From positions 30,001-62,000 of the forward strand of contig NC_010482.1 of NCBI RefSeq assembly GCF_000019605.1: DNA of 32,000 nucleotides. The letters are read 5' to 3'. The DNA is from Candidatus Korarchaeum cryptofilum OPF8 (lineage in GTDB: Archaea > Korarchaeota > Korarchaeia > Korarchaeales > Korarchaeaceae). The notes beneath the pieces were generated by a model. That model saw nothing but the letters and a program-made list of their open reading frames with translations. It was not told the DNA's origin and searched no databases. Positions within the stretch are counted from its first letter, which is position 1. The number at the start of each line of letters is the position of its first letter. The position numbers and the translations under genes are program-made. This document shows, piece after piece, positions 18,192 through 25,014 of the stretch.

Positions 18192-18422
18192 ATGCCCCAG
18201 AAGCAGACTAGGTATCTCCCCCTAGCACCCGTATACAGGATAATCAAGAGCGCGGGCGCTGAGAGGGTAAGCGACGATGCGAGGGAGAGGATGGTCTACC
18301 ACCTCGAGAGATTCGCTAGGGAAGTCGGAGCGCAAGCTGTAGAGCTTGCGAAGCACGCAAAGAGGAAGACCGTGACCGATAGAGACATAGAGATGGCTGT
18401 TGAGGCCGTCTGGAAGAGGTAA
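18192..18422 (+). CDS. Archaeal histone (HMf family)
   Basis: [62 protein letters not shown] aligns along its whole length with HMfB ([24 protein letters not shown]...RKTIKAEDIELAV). The protein is 76 aa. Confidence 0.92.
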   Translation: [76 protein letters not shown]

Positions 18423-18441
18423 GAACCCCCCAAATAAAATC

Positions 18442-18454
18442 TTTTTTCTTTTTT
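18442..18454 (+). terminator. Oligo-T archaeal terminator after the histone gene
   Basis: TTTTTTcTTTTTT begins 20 nt after the stop codon. Confidence 0.55.
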
Positions 18455-18666
18455 AGGCGATGTTTTATACACCTAACTTACTTCTACGATATTTTTATAG
18501 ATCCTTCTCTAGTGGAGCTATCCAGGAGAAATATCAGGAGATCTACTAATAAGAGTGTGATGAAACCGATCTTCAAAAATCTATTTAATGTTTCGGAAAA
18601 TCCTCAGAAATATTAGGCGAATAGCAGGAAAGAGAAAATTAAGGACTCTAACTTTGAAAGGGGAAC

Positions 18667-18740
18667 GGGCCCGGAGGGACTTGAACCCTCGACCTGCGGC
18701 TCCGAAGGCCGCCGCTCTATCCTTGCTGAGCTACGGGCCC
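18667..18740 (-). tRNA. tRNA-Arg (anticodon TCG), no intron, no encoded CCA
   Basis: The reverse complement is GGGCCCGTAGCTCAGCAAGGATAGAGCGGCGGCCTTCGGAGCCGCAGGTCGAGGGTTCAAGTCCCTCCGGGCCC. It folds as a 7-bp acceptor stem, D stem GCTC/GAGC, anticodon stem GCGGC/GCCGC with loop CTTCGGA, and T stem GAGGG/CCCTC with loop TTCAAGT. Confidence 0.92.
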
Positions 18741-18816
18741 TCTTAATGATGAGTATGTGCTCAGCTATAACCCTTCCTGAAGGATCAATTTCCCCCCTGA
18801 ACCGTTCACGTTAAAT

Positions 18817-19665
18817 ATGAAGAGGGATCAAGTGAGCTCAATGGCCGAATTAACGTTCGGTGGTATGAATAACCCACATAGGGATCTGATGAGTGAAGTT
18901 AGGAGTATACTGGATATTGGAATGGACTTCGTGGAGCTAACGGTTGAATGGCCTCTCTCCTGGGTGGATTCCGTGGAGAGGAGGATAGATGAACTCAAGG
19001 ATGCTGTGGAATCTCACAACGCGTTCCTGCTCGTCCACTCCCCCTATTACTTGGAGATAGCCCATCCATACGAGGAGGTCAGGAGGGGGGCTTTGAAGGA
19101 AGCATTGAAGATCCTCGAAGTGTCCAGAAAATTGGAATCCACATCAGCTACTTTCCACCCATTCACCCCTGGCTGGCTCGCATCGATTAAGGAGAAAGCT
19201 AGAGAACTAAATGTAGTTGGGTTCAGGGAATTGGTTAAGCATGGGAGGGAATTGGGAGTCCAGATCTTAGTTGAGAACGTGGATCATGGGGCCTTCAGAT
19301 CCCCGCCCGATATAAGGTACCTCCTGGATCATGTGGATGGCCTCCTCATGACGCTAGATGTAGGACATAGCGTAATTAACGGTGGTCTAGAGAAGCTCAA
19401 ATCCTACCTCAAGAAGTGCGGAAAGGAGATAGTGCACATGCATATTCACGATAATGATATGAGCAGCGATCTACATCTACCGATAGGGGCTGGCAGGATC
19501 CCCTGGCCCGAGGTCCTCGGGGAGATCTCGAACTACAGAGGTACAGTCACGCTAGAGGTCCACTCCAGCGATCCCGATTACCTGAGGATATCCAAGGAGA
19601 AGATACTATCAATCCTCAAGCCTCAGGAAGGAGCACGTCATCAGCGTTATGAGCAGGGAGACTAA
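18817..19665 (+). CDS. Xylose-isomerase-like TIM-barrel protein (sugar phosphate isomerase/epimerase or AP-endonuclease-2 family)
   Basis: Family-like segments are LLVHSPYY, ILVENVDHG, LDVGHS and HMHIHDN, consistent with metal-binding residues. The start may instead be ATG 18841 (MAELTFGG), which lies ~26-33 nt from GTTAAATA. Confidence 0.7.
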   Translation: MKRDQVSSMAELTFGGMNNPHRDLMSEVRSILDIGMDFVELTVEWPLSWVDSVERRIDELKDAVESHNAFLLVHSPYYLEIAHPYEEVRRGALKEALKILEVSRKLESTSATFHPFTPGWLASIKEKARELNVVGFRELVKHGRELGVQILVENVDHGAFRSPPDIRYLLDHVDGLLMTLDVGHSVINGGLEKLKSYLKKCGKEIVHMHIHDNDMSSDLHLPIGAGRIPWPEVLGEISNYRGTVTLEVHSSDPDYLRISKEKILSILKPQEGARHQRYEQGD

Positions 19666-20172
19666 GATCCCCAGTATAACTTGTCCGATCGTATGTGAGC
19701 CGGATTTCCACCTGGACCAGGCCAATATCGGTATTAGGAGGATCATCGGATATCCGAGCTCGTTCCCCGAGTATAGGAGGAAGGTTGCTGGTCCAGTTAT
19801 CCCAGCCATATGCACGCTGATCTTCGTCACCCCTCTATTTATCAGCATGAGCGCCAAGCTCACGAAGAGGTAAGTGAGGGCTAGGGTTGACAAGGTCCTG
19901 CTGCCGAAGAACCTCAGGAGGATGAATCCGATCGAGTAAGATAGGGATGCCTGCAGGAAGAACTTCCCCCTCATTGATCTCTCCGGGACGAGTATATCTA
20001 TCTCCCCCCTCAAATACCTCCTTATCACATCCGCTATCGGCATTAAGACGATGAAGATGATCGAGAGGAGAAGGCCGAGGGAGTCCCCTTCCTTAAAGCC
20101 TATAGCTAGCACGGCTAAGAGGCCCACTGTTACTGGGGAGAGTACTAAGGCCAGAGCCCTATGGCCATCCAT
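19609..20172 (-). CDS. Polytopic membrane protein, PAP2-like (putative lipid phosphatase)
   Basis: There are about 5-6 hydrophobic helices. KISVHMAG and SRWKSGSHTIGQV resemble PAP2 motifs 2 and 3 (SGH; SRx5Hx3D/Q). Motif 1 is not evident. Confidence 0.45.
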   Translation of the reverse strand: MDGHRALALVLSPVTVGLLAVLAIGFKEGDSLGLLLSIIFIVLMPIADVIRRYLRGEIDILVPERSMRGKFFLQASLSYSIGFILLRFFGSRTLSTLALTYLFVSLALMLINRGVTKISVHMAGITGPATFLLYSGNELGYPMILLIPILAWSRWKSGSHTIGQVILGILVSLLITLMTCSFLRLED

Positions 20173-20196
20173 TTACATCCCGAGCTATATTGCTAC

Positions 20197-20210
20197 CCTT
20201 TTATAAAAGG
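20197..20210. promoter_or_regulatory. Perfectly palindromic TATA element shared by divergent genes
   Basis: CCTTTTATAAAAGG equals its own reverse complement. Its centre is ~25 nt from dtdA ATG 20228 and ~32 nt from the minus-strand start at 20172. Confidence 0.5.
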
Positions 20211-20227
20211 AGCTGATACGATAGCTT

Positions 20228-21058
20228 ATGAGCAAAAGGTTAGCTCTAGCGTACTCCAAAAAGGACCCGGCTGGCTCAGGTATGGCTCGCGAGATAAAAG
20301 ATATGATGGGCGAGGAATTCGAAATCTCGGATAAGAGATGCGAGCTGATCGAGGTAGACAGGGAGATCCTCTACATAAATGGATCCCAGTTCGAGGGTTT
20401 CGATTATCTAGCGGTGCTATCAAGGCACAGCGGTACGCCAAATCATCCGATATTCACAGCTCATGTATCCGGGAACTTCGGGAGGGCTAGATACGGCGGG
20501 GATCATTTCAAGCTATCCATAGCGATACCCTCCCTGATGAAGGAATACCTAATCTCAGTCAGCAAGAGGGCAGAGGAGATAGGTTACTGGGTCGGTTTCG
20601 AGCCAACCCATCATGGCCCCACCTTAGATATTCCAACGGCTTTCCTCGAGATAGGTTGCGATGAGACAGCTTGGAGGGATGAGAGGGGGTTGAGGGCTGC
20701 AGCGGAATCTGTCCTGGAGGCAATAGAGTCGTGGAAAGATGGTAAGTTCGTAGCAGCTGTAGCGTTCGGTGGGCCTCACATAAACGATCACTTCACTAGA
20801 GTCGAGCTATTCACTAGGTTCGCGATAGGGCATGCCGCGAGGAAGCTCGATGCCGAGTGGGTGGATGGGGAGATGGTGAAGCAAGCTGTATCTAGGAACG
20901 GTGAGCCCACTGGAGTGGCTATAGTGGATAACAAGGGGTTGAAGGGGGAGGATAGGGAGAGGATAGAGGGGGCTCTTAGGGATCTAGGTCTCGAGGTGAT
21001 CAGGGTTAAGAAAATTCTGAGGGATGAACTTGGTGAAGAGGAAGGTGAGGAAATATAA
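20228..21058 (+). CDS. dtdA: D-aminoacyl-tRNA deacylase, archaeal type (DtdA/Dtd2 family)
   Basis: The N-terminus LALAYSKKDPAGSGMAREI and the HSGTPNHPIFTAHVSGN and FEPTHHGP segments match my recollection of the archaeal DTD family. The 276-aa size also fits. Confidence 0.7.
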   Translation: MSKRLALAYSKKDPAGSGMAREIKDMMGEEFEISDKRCELIEVDREILYINGSQFEGFDYLAVLSRHSGTPNHPIFTAHVSGNFGRARYGGDHFKLSIAIPSLMKEYLISVSKRAEEIGYWVGFEPTHHGPTLDIPTAFLEIGCDETAWRDERGLRAAAESVLEAIESWKDGKFVAAVAFGGPHINDHFTRVELFTRFAIGHAARKLDAEWVDGEMVKQAVSRNGEPTGVAIVDNKGLKGEDRERIEGALRDLGLEVIRVKKILRDELGEEEGEEI

Positions 21059-21383
21059 GACCCCCTTTTTCTTCGATAGGACTGTCCCTAAGGACTTCTA
21101 CTTCTCAGTTCAGAGGAGACTGAATTACTTAGGCTACGGAGCTGTTTGGCAGCCTAGGAGCGCTGTAAGAGGTAGGAATAGGGACATAAGGGAGATATTG
21201 GAATACTGCTTGAGCAGAGGAATCAAAATACTTGTGACGTTCTCGAGGAACGTTGAGATACCCGAGGAGTACGAGGGCAAGATAAGGTTGATAAGGCTGA
21301 AGGGAGGCAGGAGGAAGACCGTAAATAAGGTCATCGCGAGACTCTTCCTCGAGATCAGGCGGGATGAGGGGGCTCAATCCTGA
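21024..21383 (+). CDS. Small basic hypothetical protein
   Basis: This is a 119-aa Arg/Lys-rich ORF whose ATG overlaps the dtdA 3' end by 35 nt. I recognise no motif, and coding status is uncertain. Confidence 0.35.
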   Translation: MNLVKRKVRKYKTPFFFDRTVPKDFYFSVQRRLNYLGYGAVWQPRSAVRGRNRDIREILEYCLSRGIKILVTFSRNVEIPEEYEGKIRLIRLKGGRRKTVNKVIARLFLEIRRDEGAQS

Positions 21384-21388
21384 TATTT

Positions 21389-21408
21389 GGACTCTCAGAC
21401 ATGAGTCC
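21389..21408. repeat. Hairpin just downstream of the 21383 stop
   Basis: GGACTC (21389..21394), tcagacat, GAGTCC (21403..21408). Confidence 0.5.
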
Positions 21409-21603
21409 ATCTTAAGCGAATTACTGATAAAACTATATTGAAAATTCTGGGAGTGACTAGAGCTTTTAATAGAATCTCCGGAAGTTGAGTTTAAGCGATG
21501 GCCGAGCTTCTGGGAGTCGATGCTATTCATCTAGCCAGGGATTCTACGAATCATGCTATTCGTGTATGAGGAGCGTTATATCCCGAGGATTTAATCGTAA
21601 ACA

Positions 21604-21610
21604 TTTATAA
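21604..21610 (+). promoter_or_regulatory. Putative TATA box for the DUF211/mtaB operon
   Basis: TTTATAA lies ~43 nt upstream of GTG 21650. GGAGG (21635..21639) sits 10 nt before the start. Confidence 0.4.
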
Positions 21611-21649
21611 GCTGGTGCTCCCGACTTCAGCAGGGGAGGACCTAGCGAA

Positions 21650-21955
21650 GTGTCGAGATCTCCCTTAGGGAAATCAAACAGCAAGAGGACTTTCATAAGG
21701 AAGTTAGTGTTGGATGTAGTGAAGCCCCATGAACCGGATATAGTAGAGGTGGCTGATGCCATCTCGAAACTCGATGGGGTTAAGAAAGTGGAGGTAGAGG
21801 TGAGGGATTACGATTCAAACATAGAGAGGCTGAAGCTCATAGTCGAGGGAGATGACTTGGATGAGGATGACATAATGGAGCTCATCAAGTACTACGGAGG
21901 CAATGTAGCGAGCGTCGATGGAGTTACTGTGGAGTCGGAGGAATTTATCGATTGA
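21650..21955 (+). CDS. DUF211 family protein (COG1888, archaea-conserved)
   Basis: RKLVLDVVKPHEPDIVEVADAISKLDGVKKVEVEVRDYDSNIERLKLIVEGDDLDEDDIMELI...SVDGV matches the DUF211 pattern (LDVLKPH...). Confidence 0.8.
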   Translation: MSRSPLGKSNSKRTFIRKLVLDVVKPHEPDIVEVADAISKLDGVKKVEVEVRDYDSNIERLKLIVEGDDLDEDDIMELIKYYGGNVASVDGVTVESEEFID

Positions 21956-23250
21956 GATTTTACATTGAAACCTACGGCTGTTCTATGAATAGATCTGATT
22001 CCCAGATAATGGAGAAGCTACTTGAGGAAGCTGGCCTCATCAGAGTAAATGATCCAAGGGAAGCTGATGTGATAGTACTGAATACTTGTAATGTTAAGAC
22101 CCCCACGGAGCAGAGGATGATTCAGAGAGCTAGAGAGCTCTCGAAATATGCTCCTTTAGTCGTAGCAGGCTGCATGGCTAAATCCCAGGGGTATAAACTG
22201 AAGGATTTCTCCAAAGTTCTAGTAGCTCCGAGGGAGATAGATAAGATAGTTGAAGCTGTTAACTCAGCTATCGCTGGAAGGAGAGCTGAGTTCCTAGAAT
22301 GGAGGTTCATCGACAAATCCTCATATCTGAGGGATCCCCTCGAGCTCGTAGGGATAATCCCGATAGCTGAGGGATGCATGGGGGCTTGCACTTACTGCAT
22401 AACGAGGCTAGCTAGAGGGGGCCTCACTAGTTTTCCTAAGCGAAATATCCTCAGGCTAGCCGAACACTTCCTGAGGAAGGGAGCCGTTGAGCTCTGGCTC
22501 ACATCTGAGGATACAGCAGCTTACGGTAGAGACATGGGCGAAAATCTCGCGAACTTGATAATGGATTTGAGTGATCTACCTGGGGATTTCAGGATCAGGG
22601 TTGGAATGATGACTCCTAGCTCCGCCCTGCCCATATTAAGTGAGCTGATAGGAGCTTACAGATCTCGTAAGGTCTACAAGTTCTTCCACCTGCCCGTCCA
22701 GAGCGGTTCCGACCGGGTGCTCGAGGACATGGGGAGGAACTATACCGTGGATCAGTTCCTGAGTATGGTCGATTTTATAAGGAAGGAGCTTTCAGATGTG
22801 TCGATAGCCACCGATATAATAGTAGGATTTCCAACGGAGGATGAAGAGGATTTCGAGAGTACTTTAGCGATTTTGGAGAGGCTCAAGCCGGATGTAGTGA
22901 ACGTGAGCAAGTTCGGGGCGAGGCCCGGGACTAAGGCAGCGAGCATGAGGAAGCTCCCCGATGCTATAGTATCGAGGAGGAGTAAGGAGGTAAACGAGTT
23001 GGTTGAGAGGATAAAGGAGGAAGTAAATGAGAGATACTTAGGTAGGGAGCTCGAAGTACTTGTCTCAGAGAAGGGGGAGAAGGGATTCCAGGGAAGGACG
23101 AATAGCTATAAGCCTGTGGCCCTCCGCGAAGTGAAACTGGGTCACTTCTATCTAGTGGAGATAGTGGATTTCAGAGCGAACTATCTGATAGGGGAGGTGA
23201 AGGAGGAGCTGGGAAAGGCCGGGCTCCAGATAGAACTCAAGCTCACCTGA
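21952..23250 (+). CDS. mtaB: Methylthiotransferase, archaeal/eukaryotic MtaB (CDKAL1-like) radical SAM enzyme
   Basis: The N-terminal MTTase cluster region is FYIETYGCSMNRSDS...NTCNV...AGCM. The radical SAM motif is CMGACTYC (CX3CX2C), and the C-terminus is TRAM-like. The TTG start overlaps the DUF211 stop (TTGA). Confidence 0.85.
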   Translation: MRFYIETYGCSMNRSDSQIMEKLLEEAGLIRVNDPREADVIVLNTCNVKTPTEQRMIQRARELSKYAPLVVAGCMAKSQGYKLKDFSKVLVAPREIDKIVEAVNSAIAGRRAEFLEWRFIDKSSYLRDPLELVGIIPIAEGCMGACTYCITRLARGGLTSFPKRNILRLAEHFLRKGAVELWLTSEDTAAYGRDMGENLANLIMDLSDLPGDFRIRVGMMTPSSALPILSELIGAYRSRKVYKFFHLPVQSGSDRVLEDMGRNYTVDQFLSMVDFIRKELSDVSIATDIIVGFPTEDEEDFESTLAILERLKPDVVNVSKFGARPGTKAASMRKLPDAIVSRRSKEVNELVERIKEEVNERYLGRELEVLVSEKGEKGFQGRTNSYKPVALREVKLGHFYLVEIVDFRANYLIGEVKEELGKAGLQIELKLT

Positions 23251-23611
23251 AGTCAAGGCCGCTCTTTATCTCAACAGCGCTCTGCTGCCTCGGTTTCAGG
23301 AATTTCGCCATTATCTTATACATATCCCAGGACCAGCTGGGTTCAGAGAAGCTAACTATGTTTATCGTAGCGTAAGAATGCTCCGGCCATGTATGTATGG
23401 CCACATACCCTTTATCAGTCATCAGGAAACCGCTGACCCCATAGGGCTCGAATTCGTGCACGTGTATGTGGAGGACCTTCACCCCACTCTCGTCGGCCGC
23501 ATCCTGTAGTAGTTTCTTCATCAGCTCAGGGGAATCTAGGAAATCCTTTTCAGCAACATCGTACAATTCCGCTATTACCTGAGTCTCCTTAGGTCTTATT
23601 TCAGAGCTCAT
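23243..23611 (-). CDS. S-adenosylmethionine decarboxylase-fold protein (SpeH class 1 family) lacking the self-processing serine
   Basis: FEPYGVSGFLMTDKGYVAIHTWPEHSYATINIVSF aligns with Thermotoga SpeH [36 protein letters not shown]. The ES cleavage dipeptide is replaced by KG, and the TCG cysteine is replaced by F. Confidence 0.75.
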   Translation of the reverse strand: MSSEIRPKETQVIAELYDVAEKDFLDSPELMKKLLQDAADESGVKVLHIHVHEFEPYGVSGFLMTDKGYVAIHTWPEHSYATINIVSFSEPSWSWDMYKIMAKFLKPRQQSAVEIKSGLDFR

Positions 23612-24275
23612 AACTCTCTCCTGGCTTCAAAGCTATTATTTCCGCTTTTATCCCTCTCCTTCCCAGATGTTCCTTTAGTTCCTCGGGCTTCCCCTTGAGC
23701 ACCGGGAAAGTCTGGTAGTGCATGGGTATGACCTTACTAACTCCAAGGAGCTCTATAGCGAGGCTAGCCTCCAACGGACCCATCACGAAGTGTCCTCCTA
23801 TCGGAAGGAGAGCCAGATCAGGTTTGTAGAGCTCACCGATTATCTTCATATCGTAGAAGACCCCCGTATCCCCGGCATGATATACCCTCTTCCCATCTAG
23901 CTCGATGACAGCTCCCACTGGAGCCCCTAAGTTGCTGCTGTGGAGGGCCTTAGTGAGGACTACCTTAACTCCATTGACCTCGAAGAAGCTGCCTATATTG
24001 GCGCCTAGGGAATTAGCTCCCTTCCTCCTCGCTTCCTCGGCTATCTCGTAGATGGATACCACCGTACCCCCGTGTCTCTTCGAGAGCTTTATGGCATCCT
24101 CTAAGCCGTGATCCCCGTGATCGTGCGTGACGATATAGACATCAGCGCCCTTGCATTCCTCAATCTTAATGGGGGACTGCGGATTACCCTCTATCCAGGG
24201 ATCTATTAGGACCCTCTTGCTCCCCTCCAGCAGGAAAGCGGAGTGGCCTAAGAACGTGACCCTCACCAAGCTCAC
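23601..24275 (-). CDS. UPF0173-family metal-dependent hydrolase (MBL fold)
   Basis: VTFLGHSAFLLEGSKRVLIDPW, VTHDHGDHG and YHAGDTG are present. The 224-aa size is typical of UPF0173. Confidence 0.8.
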   Translation of the reverse strand: MSLVRVTFLGHSAFLLEGSKRVLIDPWIEGNPQSPIKIEECKGADVYIVTHDHGDHGLEDAIKLSKRHGGTVVSIYEIAEEARRKGANSLGANIGSFFEVNGVKVVLTKALHSSNLGAPVGAVIELDGKRVYHAGDTGVFYDMKIIGELYKPDLALLPIGGHFVMGPLEASLAIELLGVSKVIPMHYQTFPVLKGKPEELKEHLGRRGIKAEIIALKPGESYEL

Positions 24276-24318
24276 ACCCAGCCTAGTTGAGTGAAGAGCA
24301 AAAAAGCTTTCCCATCGG

Positions 24319-24957
24319 TCATGGAAATCTTCTTAACTTTTTAATGATCTTGCTTAAAAATCTTTCATCTAACTTCCCCGAAGCCTCCGCCTGAGTTTTA
24401 GAGGATAGGGCCTCTAATATCAAGTTCCTTATCTCCCCTCTGCTCTCCCTCCCCAGCATCTCAATGAATAGCTTTTTGACATCCTCCCTCTCAGCGTATA
24501 TTGAAAGGGAGGAAACTAGAGCTAGCCTAACCTTGGGCGAGGGATCCTCCGCTAGGGGAGCTAAATCCTCCACTCCTACTTCCCCCCTATCGAAGAGCTT
24601 CAGGAGGCACTTGAGGTAAGCGATCCTCACGCTAGGCTCTAAGTCTTCACCCCACCCCTCAAGTCGATCCAATAGCTCCCGGCTGCAGAGTTCCCTCAGG
24701 ATGAGAGTAGCCTCATCCCTGAGCTTCTTATCGCGGAGTTTCTCCCTCAATATATCGAGGAATTTCTCCACTTCCCCATTCTCAACATAAAACACCATAT
24801 CGGAGAGGAGGGAAGCCACATCCTCCCCGAAGCACTCATCATATCCGTTCAATATCTCCCCCACTCTCGATTTATTGCCCCTATATTCTTCTGATAACAA
24901 CTGTGAAATTATCTTATATAACGCTAGCTGGCAATCTTCATCTCCCTTAATTTCCAT
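24319..24957 (-). CDS. HEAT/PBS-lyase-like repeat protein
   Basis: Repeats of the D/E-P-S-x-x-V-R-x-A type occur (LEPSVRIAYLKCL; EDPSPKVRLALVSSL). The composition is all-helical and the protein is 212 aa. Confidence 0.55.
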   Translation of the reverse strand: MEIKGDEDCQLALYKIISQLLSEEYRGNKSRVGEILNGYDECFGEDVASLLSDMVFYVENGEVEKFLDILREKLRDKKLRDEATLILRELCSRELLDRLEGWGEDLEPSVRIAYLKCLLKLFDRGEVGVEDLAPLAEDPSPKVRLALVSSLSIYAEREDVKKLFIEMLGRESRGEIRNLILEALSSKTQAEASGKLDERFLSKIIKKLRRFP

Positions 24958-24978
24958 CCCCTCGCTATGTAGTAATAT

Positions 24979-24988
24979 TTATTAATAA
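24979..24988. promoter_or_regulatory. Palindromic AT-rich TATA-like element shared by the divergent HEAT-repeat and tes-like genes
   Basis: TTATTAATAA is its own reverse complement. It lies ~26 nt from minus-strand start 24957 and ~31 nt from ATG 25015, which also has GAGGTGG upstream. Confidence 0.45.
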
Positions 24989-25014
24989 TCATTTCCACAA
25001 GAGGTGGTGTTGAA

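Noticed and set aside
18557-18563. C-box-like GTGATGA (also CTGATGA at ~17650 and ~17844) as possible C/D box sRNAs
   Set aside because: I found no CUGA D or D' box at the required ~12-nt and ~50-60-nt spacing downstream, and no terminal complementary stem.
17422-18816. Integrated mobile element using tRNA-Arg as an attachment site
   Set aside because: I could find no direct repeat of any tRNA segment in the flanking DNA. There is no integrase, transposase or viral-type gene, and the only gene in the island is a housekeeping histone.
21024-21383. Assignment of the 119-aa basic ORF as a truncated RNase P Rpp30 subunit
   Set aside because: There is only a vague resemblance (FFFD...LGYGAV). 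The ORF is half the expected length, and I could not align it to the Pyrococcus Rpp30 sequence I remember. It is left as hypothetical.
21129-21530. Minus-strand 133-aa ORF spanning the 21.1-21.5 kb region
   Set aside because: It has a Ser/Pro-rich low-complexity translation, is antisense to the (itself doubtful) 119-aa ORF, and has no SD or TATA at a sensible distance. I cannot fully exclude it.
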